Both the position numbers and the translations under genes were made by a program. A DNA stretch of 64,000 bases from Andalucia godoyi And28 (taxonomy: Eukaryota; Protista; Jakobida). Each line of letters starts with the position of its first letter. Within the stretch, counting starts at the first letter, position 1. The notes beneath the pieces are model-generated. The model was not told where the DNA came from and ran no database searches. It saw only the letters and a list, made by a program, of their open reading frames with translations. This document shows, in pieces, positions 1-13,100 of this stretch. Where the stretch lies: NCBI GenBank assembly GCA_009859145.1, contig VRVR01000030.1:177097-241096 (forward strand), in the 5' to 3' direction.

Positions 1-1
1 C

Positions 2-103
2 GTTCTTCAGGAGATGTTTGGGAAGCATGCCGGTGACGTATGTCTTGATGCAAATCTGGAAACCGCAGATTATTTTTTCGAGAGGCTTCCGGAGTCCGTG
101 TAG
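2..103 (+). CDS. 3' end of a gene entering from the left edge (…VLQEMFGKHAGDVCLDANLETADYFFERLPESV*), unknown product
   Basis: Frame is open from the window edge to TAG at 101-103 with protein-like composition, followed by T/A-rich 3' sequence. Confidence 0.45.
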   Translation, partial: VLQEMFGKHAGDVCLDANLETADYFFERLPESV

Positions 104-320
104 CCTGTAGTAAGTTGTTTTCTTATTCCTATACCTATTCTTGCTTTCCATGGCCAATTGGCCGTAAAAACAATGCCAAATCTGCTCTTGAAAACAAAAC
201 ACCTATTCGAAAGAAGAAGAAAACGGCGGGAGGAACAGGAACAGAGGGGGCATTGCGCAGAGGATCCCAGCCATAGCCGAATTTCTTTACATCCATTTTC
301 CAAACTGAGAGCCTCTCTTG

Positions 321-920
321 CTACGAGAGTCCAAGAAGCTGCTTTGACTGGATAATGTTCTTTTCCTTTCCCGGCCCAAGAATCCGCTTTCCAGCATCAG
401 ACCAGTACGAGTGTGATTCTAGAAACTTCAGATTGGACTCGTTCCAGTCTCTCGGAGTTGTTTCTGGTTTGAGAATCCCTTGCTTTGTGAATTCGATTCG
501 CAAGGACTCGGATCGCAAGAAGAACCATTCGGTGCCAAGATGCCCAAGATCTGCGTCACACATCAACTTGCACAGAATGTCGTCTCCTGGATTCTGAGGC
601 ATCATTGTCGCCATGATTATTCTCGAGATATGCTCGATCTCTTCGGGAGAATAACCCCATTTCGGCAGTTCTTCCTGAGCTCTCTTCACTCCAAATGGCT
701 CATTCTTGGGATACACATCGAGATATCCGGTGTCATGAAACAGCGCTGCAACTTTTAAAAGACGGAGCTCAGCCTCGGATATGCCCTGCTCTTTTCCCAG
801 TCTTTCTGCCATCGGGAGAACATCTTTTCGAGTATGATCCGTGCAATGATACAGCAAATGCGCCGGCAACTTAGCGTCAAGCTCCGCAAAGACTTTGGAG
901 CACAAATCCTCAAACGACAT
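321..920 (-). CDS. Stand-alone HD-superfamily metal-dependent phosphohydrolase, bacterial-like
   Basis: Intronless 199-aa ORF with HD motifs YHCTDHT, ALFHDTG, ATMMPQ and CDADL. Confidence 0.85.
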   Translation of the reverse strand: MSFEDLCSKVFAELDAKLPAHLLYHCTDHTRKDVLPMAERLGKEQGISEAELRLLKVAALFHDTGYLDVYPKNEPFGVKRAQEELPKWGYSPEEIEHISRIIMATMMPQNPGDDILCKLMCDADLGHLGTEWFFLRSESLRIEFTKQGILKPETTPRDWNESNLKFLESHSYWSDAGKRILGPGKEKNIIQSKQLLGLS

Positions 921-1418
921 CTATTAATTTATTTATTTCTCCTCGTTCCTGCTTTGGTTTTTTGTTTTTTTTTAAATAAAAAAATGTTCGCACGTTTTTG
1001 ACGTTTCCACACGAGCACAAAAAAAAAAAATTTAAAATCAACAAGAAGCTTCACAAGGCACAAAGCTGTTCTCTGCGCTTGAAAAATAAAAGGCAATTCG
1101 AGTTTCGGCACGCCAAAATGAAAGTGGAAACACGATTCGGGCTCACGATTTCACAAAGCAAGGATTCGAGCAACGTGCAGAAAGTGCTTGATTCTTCGCC
1201 GGTTGATGCAACAAACAAAACAACAGCAGCAGGATTTTTTTCTCCGATCGTTGGGAAATGGACGAGAACGCTGAACGACCCGAAAAAATGGAAGGGAAGG
1301 AAGGACCTTTTCCAGCGCATTTCCAAAGTTTGATTTCGTTTCCTTCTCTACTCTTGGTTTTTATAGTTGTCATTTTTAGTAAAGGAAGAAAGAAAGAGGG
1401 GAAAACTGCACGACAACC

Positions 1419-2147
1419 ATGGCTTCTGAATTCTTATCAAAGTCTCTTCTCGATTGCATTCTTGAAAAGGTGGAAGGCCAGCAGCAAAAAACATCTTTTG
1501 TGTCAAGAACACTTTGGATTGGCCGGCTGAAAGATGGTGGGTCGTCGTCGGCAGCATTGAATCTCACTCGGGATGTGCTTTCTGTTGTTCGCCGGCGCCA
1601 AGAACGCGCTGCATTTATGACGGCAGAGGATCTGGAGGCTTCCGTAACGGGAATCCAACTTGGTCTCTCCACGTTTGTGGCAACACTTGTAGAAGCCAGC
1701 CCATCGGTTCTTGAAAGCATGTATGAGACAATTATGGTTCATCACCTGTATCATTCGACGTTTGATGATATTCGAGTAATTGCGTACACAGATGATATTC
1801 CCAAGCGAAGTTTCCACACGTTTGTCAACAAGGATGTGGCTCCGCCAAATGCAGACGTGCAGTTGGACGATGAGAATCTGGTGGCAAATCTTGCAGATTT
1901 ATATCTCAATTTTGTGCAGCTCGGCGACGCGATGGCTGGCAAGCGAGACTCACAGCTTGCGTCATTCTTGGAAACGATGAAGACTACGTGTGCCCACTTG
2001 TTTCCCTCGGCTGAATTGTTGAAACAGATCTTTATTGTTGAGAATGTCATCTCCATCGATGAGTTTCTGGATGCGTTTGTCAGACCGCTGGACGTTACTC
2101 TTGACAATGAAGTTGTATGGCCAGCCCCTGTGCCTGTCGCATTCTGA
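1419..2147 (+). CDS. TEX47/C7orf62-like (BLUF-like fold) protein
   Basis: 242-aa ORF. Segments VTGIQLG..LVEAS, IRVIAYTDDIPKRSF and the C-terminal EFL..F..P....DNEVVWP resemble the TEX47 family (by eye). Confidence 0.55.
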   Translation: MASEFLSKSLLDCILEKVEGQQQKTSFVSRTLWIGRLKDGGSSSAALNLTRDVLSVVRRRQERAAFMTAEDLEASVTGIQLGLSTFVATLVEASPSVLESMYETIMVHHLYHSTFDDIRVIAYTDDIPKRSFHTFVNKDVAPPNADVQLDDENLVANLADLYLNFVQLGDAMAGKRDSQLASFLETMKTTCAHLFPSAELLKQIFIVENVISIDEFLDAFVRPLDVTLDNEVVWPAPVPVAF

Positions 2148-2275
2148 AAAATAAAAAGGGGTTTTGTACAGTTTTGTTTTGTTGTTTTTTTATTGTGTGT
2201 ATTTATTTATTTATTTATTTATTTACTATTGGTTTTTCTTTTGCTTTTCTACAAAAACCGATGCTCACGGCGTCT

Positions 2276-4297
2276 TCAGCCATTGCTTAGCGTAAAGGGA
2301 CAATTAAAGGCATGCTTTGCAACGTGCGGGTTTGCAACCAGAATGCTTTCCAGCGGCAGCCCGCATTCAAAAACATTCAGAACTTCTAAAAGATAAATCT
2401 GATCGCTCCATGAGCGTTCTGTAGCCGATGAGATGAGATGCAGACACGGAACTGGCAAGCTTGCATTCCTCGCGATACCTTGCAGCGCGGTGACACCACG
2501 ACCGACTCGTGTATCCACACCATCCGGAGCGGAAATAGTCGTCAACTTACCGCCAGAACGCGTTTCACGAAGTAAAATTTTGCCGAGCTTGGAGCAAATC
2601 GAAGTGTTCAGTGAAAATGGGCGACGCGGAAAAGCAAGTGAAAGAGTCAGCGACTGCAGAGACGAACACCCGAAAAACTCCAGATAACAAAGACTGGACG
2701 GAACATCAAGCTTCAAATCGACGAAAGTTGGGCAGTGATTGAGACACAGGCTTTCTATCCGAGGGCAAAACCTGAGCACGTGAGCTATCTTCAACTCATT
2801 AAGATACTCTGTGTGCGAAAAGACAACATGGCGAAGGGTGTTCGAAGAAATGGCAAATGTTTCCATTAGCCTTGCAGAAGAAAAAAACAAGGAAATGAGG
2901 CTGTCGCAAGATCTAACAAAATCAGACACAAAATCAGTGGGAAAGGCAGGACATCCACGGATGACAAGATCGGATATGGAGCTCACGTTGACTTTTGGAA
3001 GAAGCAAGTGGGCGCACAGCGAAAATTCCAATTTGAACACTGCCACTGAGATTTCCGGAGAATTCAGCAAAGGGCAGTTCAAAAATTGAAGTCTCTCCAG
3101 AGATTCAAATTCGGATTTTGTCCAAAACGCAAAAAGGGCTGCATCTGTGAACTTGTCAAGATTCACGAACCGCAGCTCTTTCACACAAGGGCATTTGATA
3201 CTTAAGCTCGTAATTGGATTGGAATCAAAGGTCACATGAGCCAACGACTCCGACTCGATTGTCAGAGACTCTAAATTACACCGAGAAACATCCAACCGCC
3301 GCAATGCCGGGCATCGGGACACCAGAAGAGACAGTGCCGCGGGATCGAGTCGGCAATTGAAGAGACGCAAGTCCTGCAGACACTGCGGGCGGACAGTGGA
3401 AAGTTCAGACAGATGCAGGCTTCTTACACCGGCTACGATTCGGAGCTCCGAAAGGAAAGGAAACGCATCGAGAATCTCGGCGAGCGTCATAAGGATGTCC
3501 GAGTTGCTCAACAACAACACACGCAGCGACGCAGACAGTGAGAGAAGCGCGGAAAGATAGTTGTGGTCCAAGGACAGCTGGAAAGTGTCGGAGAGATCCA
3601 GATGCTCCAAAACTGGGTTGGTAGAAGTCAGCGTCCTGTCAATGGAAACACTCAACAGATTCGAACATTCTGCAAGCGACAAGAACTGTAATTTGGGATG
3701 AGTGAGACAGAAGGAAGTGATGCTCACGCATCCTGTTAGATCCAGGTATTCCAAATTGGGCAGTATCCGATGAAACTCCTGAACGACATCTGTGGTGATG
3801 CGAGAACAACTTCGCAGAGACAGTCTCCGCAATTGACAAGAAGTAAAATTGGGATGCCGCAATAACGAGCAAAACGACAGGGACAATTCTATGACAGAAG
3901 GCATGCCCTTCAACAAGACGCTCACGAATTCGTCCGAAACGTCGAAGAAATTGCTCAAGTCTAGACTTTCAACACCAGAACATGAAGAAAGGGCACTTCG
4001 AAGACCCTCTGAAATGACCTTGTGAGGCAAACTTCTGAAATCCAGTGTCTTGGAATGAACTTTTGAAGCAAAGAGCCACGTCCTTGAAACAGTTCCCAGT
4101 CGCAATGATTCGTGGGATTCCATAAACCCATACACACGAAAAAGAACCTCCAGAGGCAAAGACTCGGCAACAGAGAGAGTTGGCAACTCGACCGTCCCTA
4201 AATTCGCATCGGGTGATGGAGAATCACGAAGCGCCTCTGCCCACCGCCGTTTTCGACCGTCAGAAATTTCATGCTCCCGAGAAGGAATCGTAGACAT
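2276..4297 (-). CDS. F-box/leucine-rich-repeat protein
   Basis: F-box LPLEVLFRVYGFM..VSRTW followed by many LxxLxLxxC repeats. Start set at ATG 4297; the upstream part of the ORF is poly-T UTR. Confidence 0.85.
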   Translation of the reverse strand: MSTIPSREHEISDGRKRRWAEALRDSPSPDANLGTVELPTLSVAESLPLEVLFRVYGFMESHESLRLGTVSRTWLFASKVHSKTLDFRSLPHKVISEGLRSALSSCSGVESLDLSNFFDVSDEFVSVLLKGMPSVIELSLSFCSLLRHPNFTSCQLRRLSLRSCSRITTDVVQEFHRILPNLEYLDLTGCVSITSFCLTHPKLQFLSLAECSNLLSVSIDRTLTSTNPVLEHLDLSDTFQLSLDHNYLSALLSLSASLRVLLLSNSDILMTLAEILDAFPFLSELRIVAGVRSLHLSELSTVRPQCLQDLRLFNCRLDPAALSLLVSRCPALRRLDVSRCNLESLTIESESLAHVTFDSNPITSLSIKCPCVKELRFVNLDKFTDAALFAFWTKSEFESLERLQFLNCPLLNSPEISVAVFKLEFSLCAHLLLPKVNVSSISDLVIRGCPAFPTDFVSDFVRSCDSLISLFFSSARLMETFAISSNTLRHVVFSHTEYLNELKIAHVLRFCPRIESLCLNHCPTFVDLKLDVPSSLCYLEFFGCSSLQSLTLSLAFPRRPFSLNTSICSKLGKILLRETRSGGKLTTISAPDGVDTRVGRGVTALQGIARNASLPVPCLHLISSATERSWSDQIYLLEVLNVFECGLPLESILVANPHVAKHAFNCPFTLSNG

Positions 4298-4749
4298 GGG
4301 AAGACGATCAGTGCAACATGTAAGAAAGCAAAAACAAACGAAAAAGAAGGAAAAGAAGAAAAGAAAACCGGGGAGGGAAAGCAGGAGGAAAGGAAACCAC
4401 AACAAAAAAAAAAAAAAAAAGAGCAGCCGTTCAAAATAAACAGCAGCAGCACGTGCGTGCGGGAGTCGAGCAATGGTCCGAGTTCAGAAAGAGGAAGAGG
4501 CTGTGGATATTCAACAAATCAAGAAACAATCGAGAAAAAAAAAATTGTGCCCGCGCGCGGGGGACTCAAATGAGCATCGGAAAATCGTCATTCCGGATTC
4601 CAAGATTCCTTTGGAGCTCCGCGCTTTTCCTCGCCTGTTCTCTCATTCCATCATTCTTCTTCTTCTTCGTTTTCCTTCTTTTTAGCTCGTTGCGGTTTCG
4701 CAGAGTTTCTTACAATCCTAACCCAGAAACGCACGCCAAGTTTTCATAG

Positions 4750-6574
4750 ATGTCGGACCCGTTGATTGTCTGTCTTCGAGATGTCTTCAAGCACGACTCT
4801 TTCCGTCCCAATCAAAAAGAGCTGATTTCCCAATTCTTAAAAGGTATGTTTCTGTTTCCCCCATTTCCAAGAGTGGTGCTTTTGTTCGGTTATTCGTTCC
4901 CGGGACATTTCTGAAAGTTTTTCCTGTAGGTCAAGATTGTCTGGCTATTATGCCAACGGGCGCGGGAAAGAGTCTGCTTTATCAGCTCCCGGCCTTGATC
5001 CGTCCCGGAGCTACGATCGTCGTCACTCCTTTACTTGCGCTGATGGTATGTTCTTGTGGCTTCAGCTGGTTCTCTATCTGTGACACCCCAAGAAAAATCG
5101 TCGGCCTACTTACACTGCGTTTCGCGGAACTTTTTTTTACTTTTTTTCACTTTTTTTTTACCTTTTTTTTTACCTTTTTTTTTTTTGTTCTTTGCTTTTT
5201 GCGCGTGTCGTTTTGTGCTTTGTTTCTTAAATTCTATAATAGGAAAACCAATGTCTCCTCTTGGCGAAGAAAATGATCGTGTCTATTCAACTCAATGGAA
5301 GCAGCTCTTCGTTGGATATCGAGAGTGCTGTGGCCTCTGCCGTTGCAGGAAACGTGAAGCTCATCTACATGACTCCTGAGTTCGTTTCTGGGAAGAGGGG
5401 CCTGGGAGTGCTGCAAAGTCTTCACGCACACGCAGCTCTCGGCGCTTTTGCTATTGATGAAGCACACTGCATATCATCTTGGGGAAACGACTTCCGACCA
5501 AAGTACCGGACGCTCTGCATCGTCCGAGACCAGTTTCCTTTGATTCCCATCCTCGCTGTCACTGCAACTGCCACGAAGGCAGTTCAGAAAGACATCCTCC
5601 AGACTCTCAAGCTGTCTAATGCTTACTGCATTCAAACGTCTTTCAACAGACCAGAAATTGTCTACAAAGTCGTCTCCAAGGACGAGGAATATCTTCAGCA
5701 AATTGTGGACTATGTATTGGAGCATTTTGACCTGGGCTTGGAATGTGGAGTTATCTACTGCCGCACGAAGAAGGACTGTGGAGAAATAGCATCTCTTCTT
5801 GGAAGCCGTGCGGCGGCATACACCTCGAGCATACCGGCCGCGACTCGAGTCGCAACGTCTGAGAGATTTCTCAGAGGAGAATTGCGAGTAATCTGCGCCA
5901 CTGTTGCTTTTGGTATGGGGATTGACAAATGCGATGTGCGATTTGTTGTTCATGCAACTGTCCCGGCGAGCATGGAAGCGTTTTATCAAGAATCAGGTCG
6001 CGCAGGAAGAGACGGAAAGCGATCGCAGTCTATTGTGTTCTTTTCAAAGAGTGATATTGAAACCTTGGTGTATCTCTCCCGTCAAGAACAATCTTCGAAG
6101 CTACTTACTTTGCTTGCAGAAGCTTGTGGTGACGACGTCCAGAATGACAGCATCGGCTCTCAACCGCCAGCAGAGTTATCTGTGGAGCTTTACAGACGAA
6201 AACTGGATGGGAAGACTCTGAATCGGATCGAAAAGATTGTGGAGGAACAGGCAGAACATTCGCTTCGGGCGATACAATGCATGTTGGATTATTCAACCTG
6301 CAGCACGTGCAGAAGGAAGCTCATTTTGCAGTATTTCGGGGACGCTGCTCCTGCTCCCACTGCGGAATGCTGCGATGTCTGTTCGTCTCTGTCGAGAAAA
6401 CGAAATCGTCCGCAGGATGGCCTTGGAAAACCACTTGAGGATCCTTTGGATACATCGATGGAACAAAAGCAACACAGCAAGCGTCCTTCGTCCTTCATGT
6501 CTGCAAAAAACTTTCAGTCTGCATTGCGAGACTCTTCGAACAACACTATATCGTCCTACTTCAAGCGAAAATAG
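4750..6574 (+). CDS. RecQ-family ATP-dependent DNA helicase; join(4750..4843,4930..5045,5243..6574), ~513 aa
   Basis: Motifs [52 protein letters not shown] and RQC zinc CRR..YFG..CCDVC. Two GTATGT..AG introns keep the frame. Confidence 0.93.
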
Positions 6575-7147
6575 TGCTTCCTGCAACTGTACGAAAAGAG
6601 AATGTGCTACCAGACAAAAAAAAAGGAAGGAACCAGATCGTTCTTCAATGCTTGCCTGGCCCCGTGCGTCGGTATCCTCATTTATTTATTATCATCGTCG
6701 TCGTTATCATCATCATCATCCGTTGAAGGACGACTCCAAGCAAGTGTAAACATCTCCCTGGCTAGGACAAGCTGCGGAAAGATGACTGCATATCTGGATC
6801 TTGCATCAGATCCCATTTTCTTCCTCGCGTATCGCGCGCTGCGGGGAAAGAGAATGAGCATACTGGAGCCTGGATGCGCTGACTGTTTCAAAAAAGGAAG
6901 ACTTTCTGCACCACCTGCTTACCAATAAACCGTTTCACTGGCAAAACAGAAACTAAACATAAAATAAAAAGAGCAGTTAAATGAGCAGCTGCTGTAAACG
7001 ACACATCTGGTGAAAAAGAACGGAATGCGTGGATTTTGCCCGCCATATTAAACAGCACCAACGCAAGAAACGAGAAGCTGGACTGTGTTTTCCGGGAAAT
7101 CCACAAATACTTCCTGAAGGGCGGCGTCAGAGACAAGTGGACACAAG

Positions 7148-10100
7148 ATGAGCGAGTCGTTTATTTCTGAGAAGTCGCTGCTCATCACGTTGAAGTCCTT
7201 CTCAAGCTGGGTTTATCAATCTTTGCCCGACTTTACTGCTGGTTCATCGTTTTTGGAGGATTGCGCTCAGGGTTTTGCGCCGGCGCTGTTTGTTGAAAAA
7301 CTAACTTCGAACCATGGAGAACTGTCGGGAAAACTAAAGTCTGTGGTGACGTTCCGCAGCCAAGTATGTAATTTTCAGGTTTTGACGAGGTGTGCTCTTA
7401 TCTAATGCTTCTCGTTTTTTCAACTACACGCGTAGAAACTTTACAACATTCGTCATGTTTTCGATTTTTTGGAAAAGCATTGCGGAACGCCTTTGCTGAC
7501 AGAGGGGGGCGCTCTGATTTCTGCTGATGATTTTGTGGACCAAGATCTTGGTGCATGTGTGGAGTTTTTCTATTTTCTGCTTCGGTGGTTTCTTCTTCGA
7601 GAGGTCCGCTTTCAGTCTTTGAGCGGTGCTGCAGCGCTTTTGGAGTGGGTTCGTGCCTCCGTTTCTGCTTTTCCGAATGCTCCAGATGTTGAATCTTTTG
7701 AGCGATCCTTTTGTGATGGTTTGGCGTTGTGTTTGCTCATTCGAGCACATTCGGCTAGCGCCTTGGAACTGTCTTCCTTGTCGCGCGACAATCCCAGGCA
7801 TAATATTTCCCTGGCACTCTTTGCAGCTAAGAGTCATTTTGAAATTCCAGACGTCTTGGATCTGGATGCAATGCTATCCCCTCCGGTTCCTTCAAAGACA
7901 GTCATTCTTTATCTTACTCTGATGTTCCATGCCTTGGCTCCTGTGAAACAGTCATCTGTGTCTTCTCGGCAAGTTGCCCGGTTCGTTCGGTCTAAGCTAC
8001 ACAACTTGCGTTTGACAAGCGATTTTGTTGGATCTGCTAAGTACCTGGTTAATTGGTTTTCGAACATGATCGCGGAATTCTCAAACACCTCGGCTCCGTT
8101 GGCAAATGTGAAAGAAGTTGTTCTTTCGTACAAGAAATTTGTAGACGAGGAGAGAGCTGCCGCTTTTGATCTTCATTTGGGCATGCTGAAATCGTTTAAC
8201 GTTCTTCAGCTTTCCTCTTTTGCACATTGCAAACAATACTACACTCCCCCGACTGAATTGACCCTGAGTGCAGTTCGCAGCCTGATCGATAGAATGTTGG
8301 ACGGCCAGTTCTCACATGAACGAAGAATACTGAGTCTCGTGGCCAAAGAATGGTCGTGCTTCTTGATGGCCAGGTCGTATTCCAAGGTTGGCTCGAAGTT
8401 TCTGGATTGGGCGACGAGCCTTTATCAAGAAATTGAAAAGATCGTCATCTCCGATTCTTTGGACCTTTCCGCTGAGGAGACTAGGCTGGTGAAGGTAGAT
8501 GTCGAGCTTCGAACGTGGACGAAGGTCTGTGAATACCTGTCGAGGTTGCATCAGCAAATTTTGGACAGCGGTCTGTTCCAAATGCCCTACCTTGAATTTA
8601 CGCCGCAAGATTTCGAGGAAGTACTGTCCGATTTGACTGTCATGGTGTCTGAGAAGGTCGTTAGCATTCGACAACTTATCAGCCAGGAGAATGAGCGTGA
8701 GAACATTGCTTTGAAATTCGACTTTGTCGCTGAAGAATTGGTCTCTTGGATGTCTCGTACTGTTGGAAAACTGCATGCGCCTTGGCAAGACTACAAGAAC
8801 ACGAAGAAGATGGTCGAGGATTTCAAGATAGAAAAGGCCATTCAAGACGAAGAGATTGCGAAACTCAAATCTCTGAACCCCCAAGATGCCGGTACTATTG
8901 AGGATCTGTACAACGAACTTCAAATTCTGTTTGCAGTGAAGGAGACAGAGGTCAATACAAAGGACTCGCTGGAGGAGATTAGGCTCCAGTACGAGGAGAA
9001 CAGTCGTGTTCTGAATCGATGGATTTTTAATGCCACTTTTCGATTTTCATCGATGCCGTTTGGTATGTCATGAATGATCTTTCCCTTCTGCTGTCTTTTG
9101 CTATTGTTGTTTCTTATTTATTTGTTTTCTGGTTGGATCATTTGAAATTGCTTTTGTGTGTGTTGTTGTTGTTTTTTTTTCCCCTCCGTTAGTCTGCTCT
9201 GGAAGTAGAACGCTAATTACTGATGTTTTTCAATTTAGGTGATACTGCTGATGTATTGGAGCAGGAACGAGAAGAAATTAGCTCCTTTCAGGCTGAGTTT
9301 GATTCCCATGTTTCCAGTTTCGAGACGCTGCGTGATTTGTGGTATTTCCTTACCAATGATCGAAATGTACGCTCACATCGGGACAGCGGATTTCAGTTTC
9401 CATTTTCGGGTTTGGAGTCCCGATGGCAATCTTTAGCTAAGTTATCAGACAGCCGAAGAATGGAGAACGACGAGAAAATGGATGATTTTGAAGACATTCA
9501 AGAGGTGGATAAGGGCTTTGAAGCGTCAACATCCAGACTTGTGGAAAGCATGTCTTTATTACAAGATGCATTGGTTCCGTCATCTTCTGGTACGTGTTTT
9601 CGTGTTTGTTTCTTCTTTCTTTCTTTCTTTTTTTTTTTTTTTTTTCCTCTTCTTTCCTGTTCTGTTTTTTGATTTCGATTGCCAAACATTGATTTGTATT
9701 GACTCTTCTTCAAGATTTCGCTATTTTCAAACGGAATGTGAATGTACTGTTCGTTCAGGTGATTGCCAAGGTCGAAGAGACAATGGAGCTTTTTGTGCAG
9801 CTGATGTCCCCTTTCTTTTCTGAGAAGGACCGTGCGTTTCAGTCGGTGTCGGCGATGCTGCAGCAGATTCCTGACATCCTGCATAACATGCTCTCTGTTT
9901 TCAGGCATGGTTGTACGGAATCCATATCGAAGGCTGCAATTGCAATAACCTCTAATACTTCTCAAAAGTATGTCGACAGGATACTGACATTTTTGATCCG
10001 AACGGAGGGTTCTGATGAGAAACTGTTTTCAGGACAGAATTTGTCTGGCTTGTGCGATTTCTCTCGAACTCTTGGGTCCTTTTTTGGACTTGTTGGAATT

Positions 10101-13100
10101 GCAGACGGTATGTCGCCGGTGGAGGAGGCTCCTCATTTGCGAAACCGCTTGAAGGCATTCCTGAAACGGTCAATCGCGGCCGCAGCGGATCTCCACCAAG
10201 ATAATCTGCTTGAGCAAGTGACTTCTTCGTTTCATGATGGACTGCTCTACATCCAAACCTTGTTTTCCATGCTGCAGGCAACAGTGAAATCTCTGGAATC
10301 GGTGGTTTCTACTGACGACATATCAAACCTCCATGAAAAACGCTGCTTGCTGGCATGTGCGTCGGTGGACTATGTGCATGTCCATCAAGTGAATAGCTTG
10401 CTGCTTGCTGCATTTCGAGGAAGCTCCTCACTTCAACGTCGCTATACCAGCGATGAATCGAACCCTGATAAGCTCAGTATTCGTTTGGCAAACCTCAGCA
10501 GAAGAATTTCCGACGTAGGGTCGATTTTGTCAGATCAGATGGAAGAACAGACAGAGCTGGATTCTCTGAAGTCCGAGTATCGAACGAAGGCCTCCCGTTT
10601 TCTCGAGAAGTTGGATGAGGTGCGGTCTTTCTTTGTGAAAGTTCCTGTTGTCCGGAGTAAGTCGAATCTCATCTCCTGTATGACAAAATACATGGAATCA
10701 CAAGAGGAACTTCAGATCTTGGCGCAATTGTACGATAATCTGTGTGATACGCACCGAAGCATCAAATTTAAGCATTATGGCATCGCCGATCACGGTGAAT
10801 TTTGCGTCGATTTCCTCTGCGATCAGTTCAACCACATTCGTCGTCTGGCGTCGCAGTACTTTCAAATGCTTCGCGCCCATGAAGTGTACTTTCTGTCTTT
10901 ACATTCCATTTTCGGATCCTGCGCTGATGCGAGCAACATTTTGTCATTCTTTACCAATATCTGCGATCAGATTTGTCTGGAATTCTGCACCTCGCCAACT
11001 GTGGACACTGCAGCTGCGTTTGAAAGCCGGTTGGAAGAGATGAGTGCTGTGATTCCAATGTTTGCGTTCGTTGCGGAAGATGCATCAACGAAATTTGTAG
11101 ATCTACGGTCCATGGACGTAATTTCAACATCCATTTCGTCAGATGCTGACGAGTATCCTATGGGCATTCGAGATACAAAGTTGTCCGTGTCGAATTCCAG
11201 TGAGAAGCTGACAGATGCGTTGCAGTTTTGCACATCCGTTGGTCTGTTTCTTCAGGAATGTGCGTCATTTGAACACGATACGCTGGAAATGAAGCGCACT
11301 GCTGACTATGTTTTCCAGTTCCTTGCTGATTCGCCTTCGGTGCAAGTTCCGGAAACAGTAAGTTTTCGTACCGTTTCTGCCGGTGTGATAGAATTGGCCA
11401 TTGAACAAGTTCGAACACTGGACCGCAAGGTATCCTTCTTCGGTTCCATGGCAGAAACTCTTCCACTTATGCACTCTCAGACATTCTTTTCCGATCTTAA
11501 GGAGGTCGTGGGAAACAAGAAACGAGTCCTGGAGGCCCACAGGCGCGAGGTCCGGTTGGATTTGGTGAGTGCTGAACAGAGAATATCGGAAAAACTGGCT
11601 TCTTTAAATCAGTGGCTCAAGGAAGAGAAATCGCTCGAAGATACTGCAGACTTGTATCTGCACTCATCGGAGACTTTATCATCGAGAATTCAAACGCTTC
11701 GTGCGGAATTGATGATGGTGCATAAGGATTCCAGGGTCCTTGTTCTCCAATATTCCAGTCAGAAATTAGAGGACCTTGTGACTCGTGTGCGGAGCGTTGC
11801 TGTGGAGTTGGAACTCCTCGGAGAAGACCTATCTCGTATCAGTCGACTGCATGAAGACCATGGTACGCAGTTCTTGGAACCGTTTCCTTACTTGTTCGTT
11901 GATTCCTTGCATTCCTCTACGTCATGGTTCTTGGACAGAGTCCAAGAGAGAGTGTTGGAATTCATGAGAGTTCTTGAAAATGACCAAATGTCACAGCGAC
12001 AAGCGGATTCTCGGTTGAAAGACCTGGAGTCCTGGTTGACAGTAACCTGCTCTGAGATTGATACTTGTCTGAAGGATCTGTCTGCTGCCCCTTCAGATGC
12101 CCTTCCTGGTTTCGCCGAATTTCTTCGTGAACTGAAGCACACGTCTTCTTCTCGAAAACTAGAAGGTGCCCATGTGCTTCGTGTGCTCCTGCAGCGTATG
12201 CTGTCATTCGTTAACGTGGCGACAGCTAACTCGTTTGATATGGTCAGCGCACTGAACTCGGAGTGGGTGTCTGCCATACAAGTATCGTTTTCGCGCTACA
12301 CTGAAGTGGAGGATTTGTTTTTCCGGCTGGAAGCTATGAGTCGAGACTTGGAGCTCAGGCTTCAACAAAACGTGGAGCTTGCCCGAATAACGAGGCAAAA
12401 TTCGTTCATTGTTGAAGATTGTCTCCGGGATGTCGAAGCGTGGGGTTCTCGTTCTACCATGTTTCTGCAGGCCGTCAGGAATGGGGACACCTCTCTTATT
12501 CTCAATCGAAGTACTGCCGCTACTGTTCGCGAGGATCCAGTTCTGCATGACCTGGCGGATCTTCATCGAAGTCGACCGGTGATAGATTACATCCAAAGAA
12601 CGTTGAGTTTTAAACTTCGGTCTCTAAAAGAAGTCCAGGCTATTCTGGAGAGCGCACAGTCTGTTGGATTCTTGGAACCGCCAGGATTCATTCAGCGGCT
12701 CGAGGCTGTAGGTGAGATGTGCACTCTTATTGAGTCTGAGTTGTCTTCGTTGGAGAAACATTGCGGAGATATTGAAGAGGAAGAACAGCGAGACGCCAAT
12801 AACGAGTCTGTGCTGCGACATGAACTTCAGAAATTCCATGATTGGATTGTGGATACTCGCCACGCATTTGTTGGAATGTTGTTTTCCGCAGGCACGCTTG
12901 CGGATGTCCAACAGTTTGTCGAGGAGAGGATTCACACGGCAGAAGAATCGTTGACGCATCTCGACGCCACAGCCGAATTGGCAGGATTGAAGGGCCGCGA
13001 GATGGCAAACGCTTTGTCACTCGTGCACGCTCAATGGGACTTACTATCTGACAGTTTGCATTCTTGGCTGACCATCGTTCAAAGTGCAGCCGAGCGGTCT

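Noticed and set aside
998-1333. Possible small gene (MKVETRFG..FQRISKV, from ~1118)
   Set aside because: Short, no recognisable motif, and cannot be supported without expression data.
6602-7136. Short ORFs between RecQ and the giant gene
   Set aside because: Low complexity, several mutually incompatible frames and no motif.
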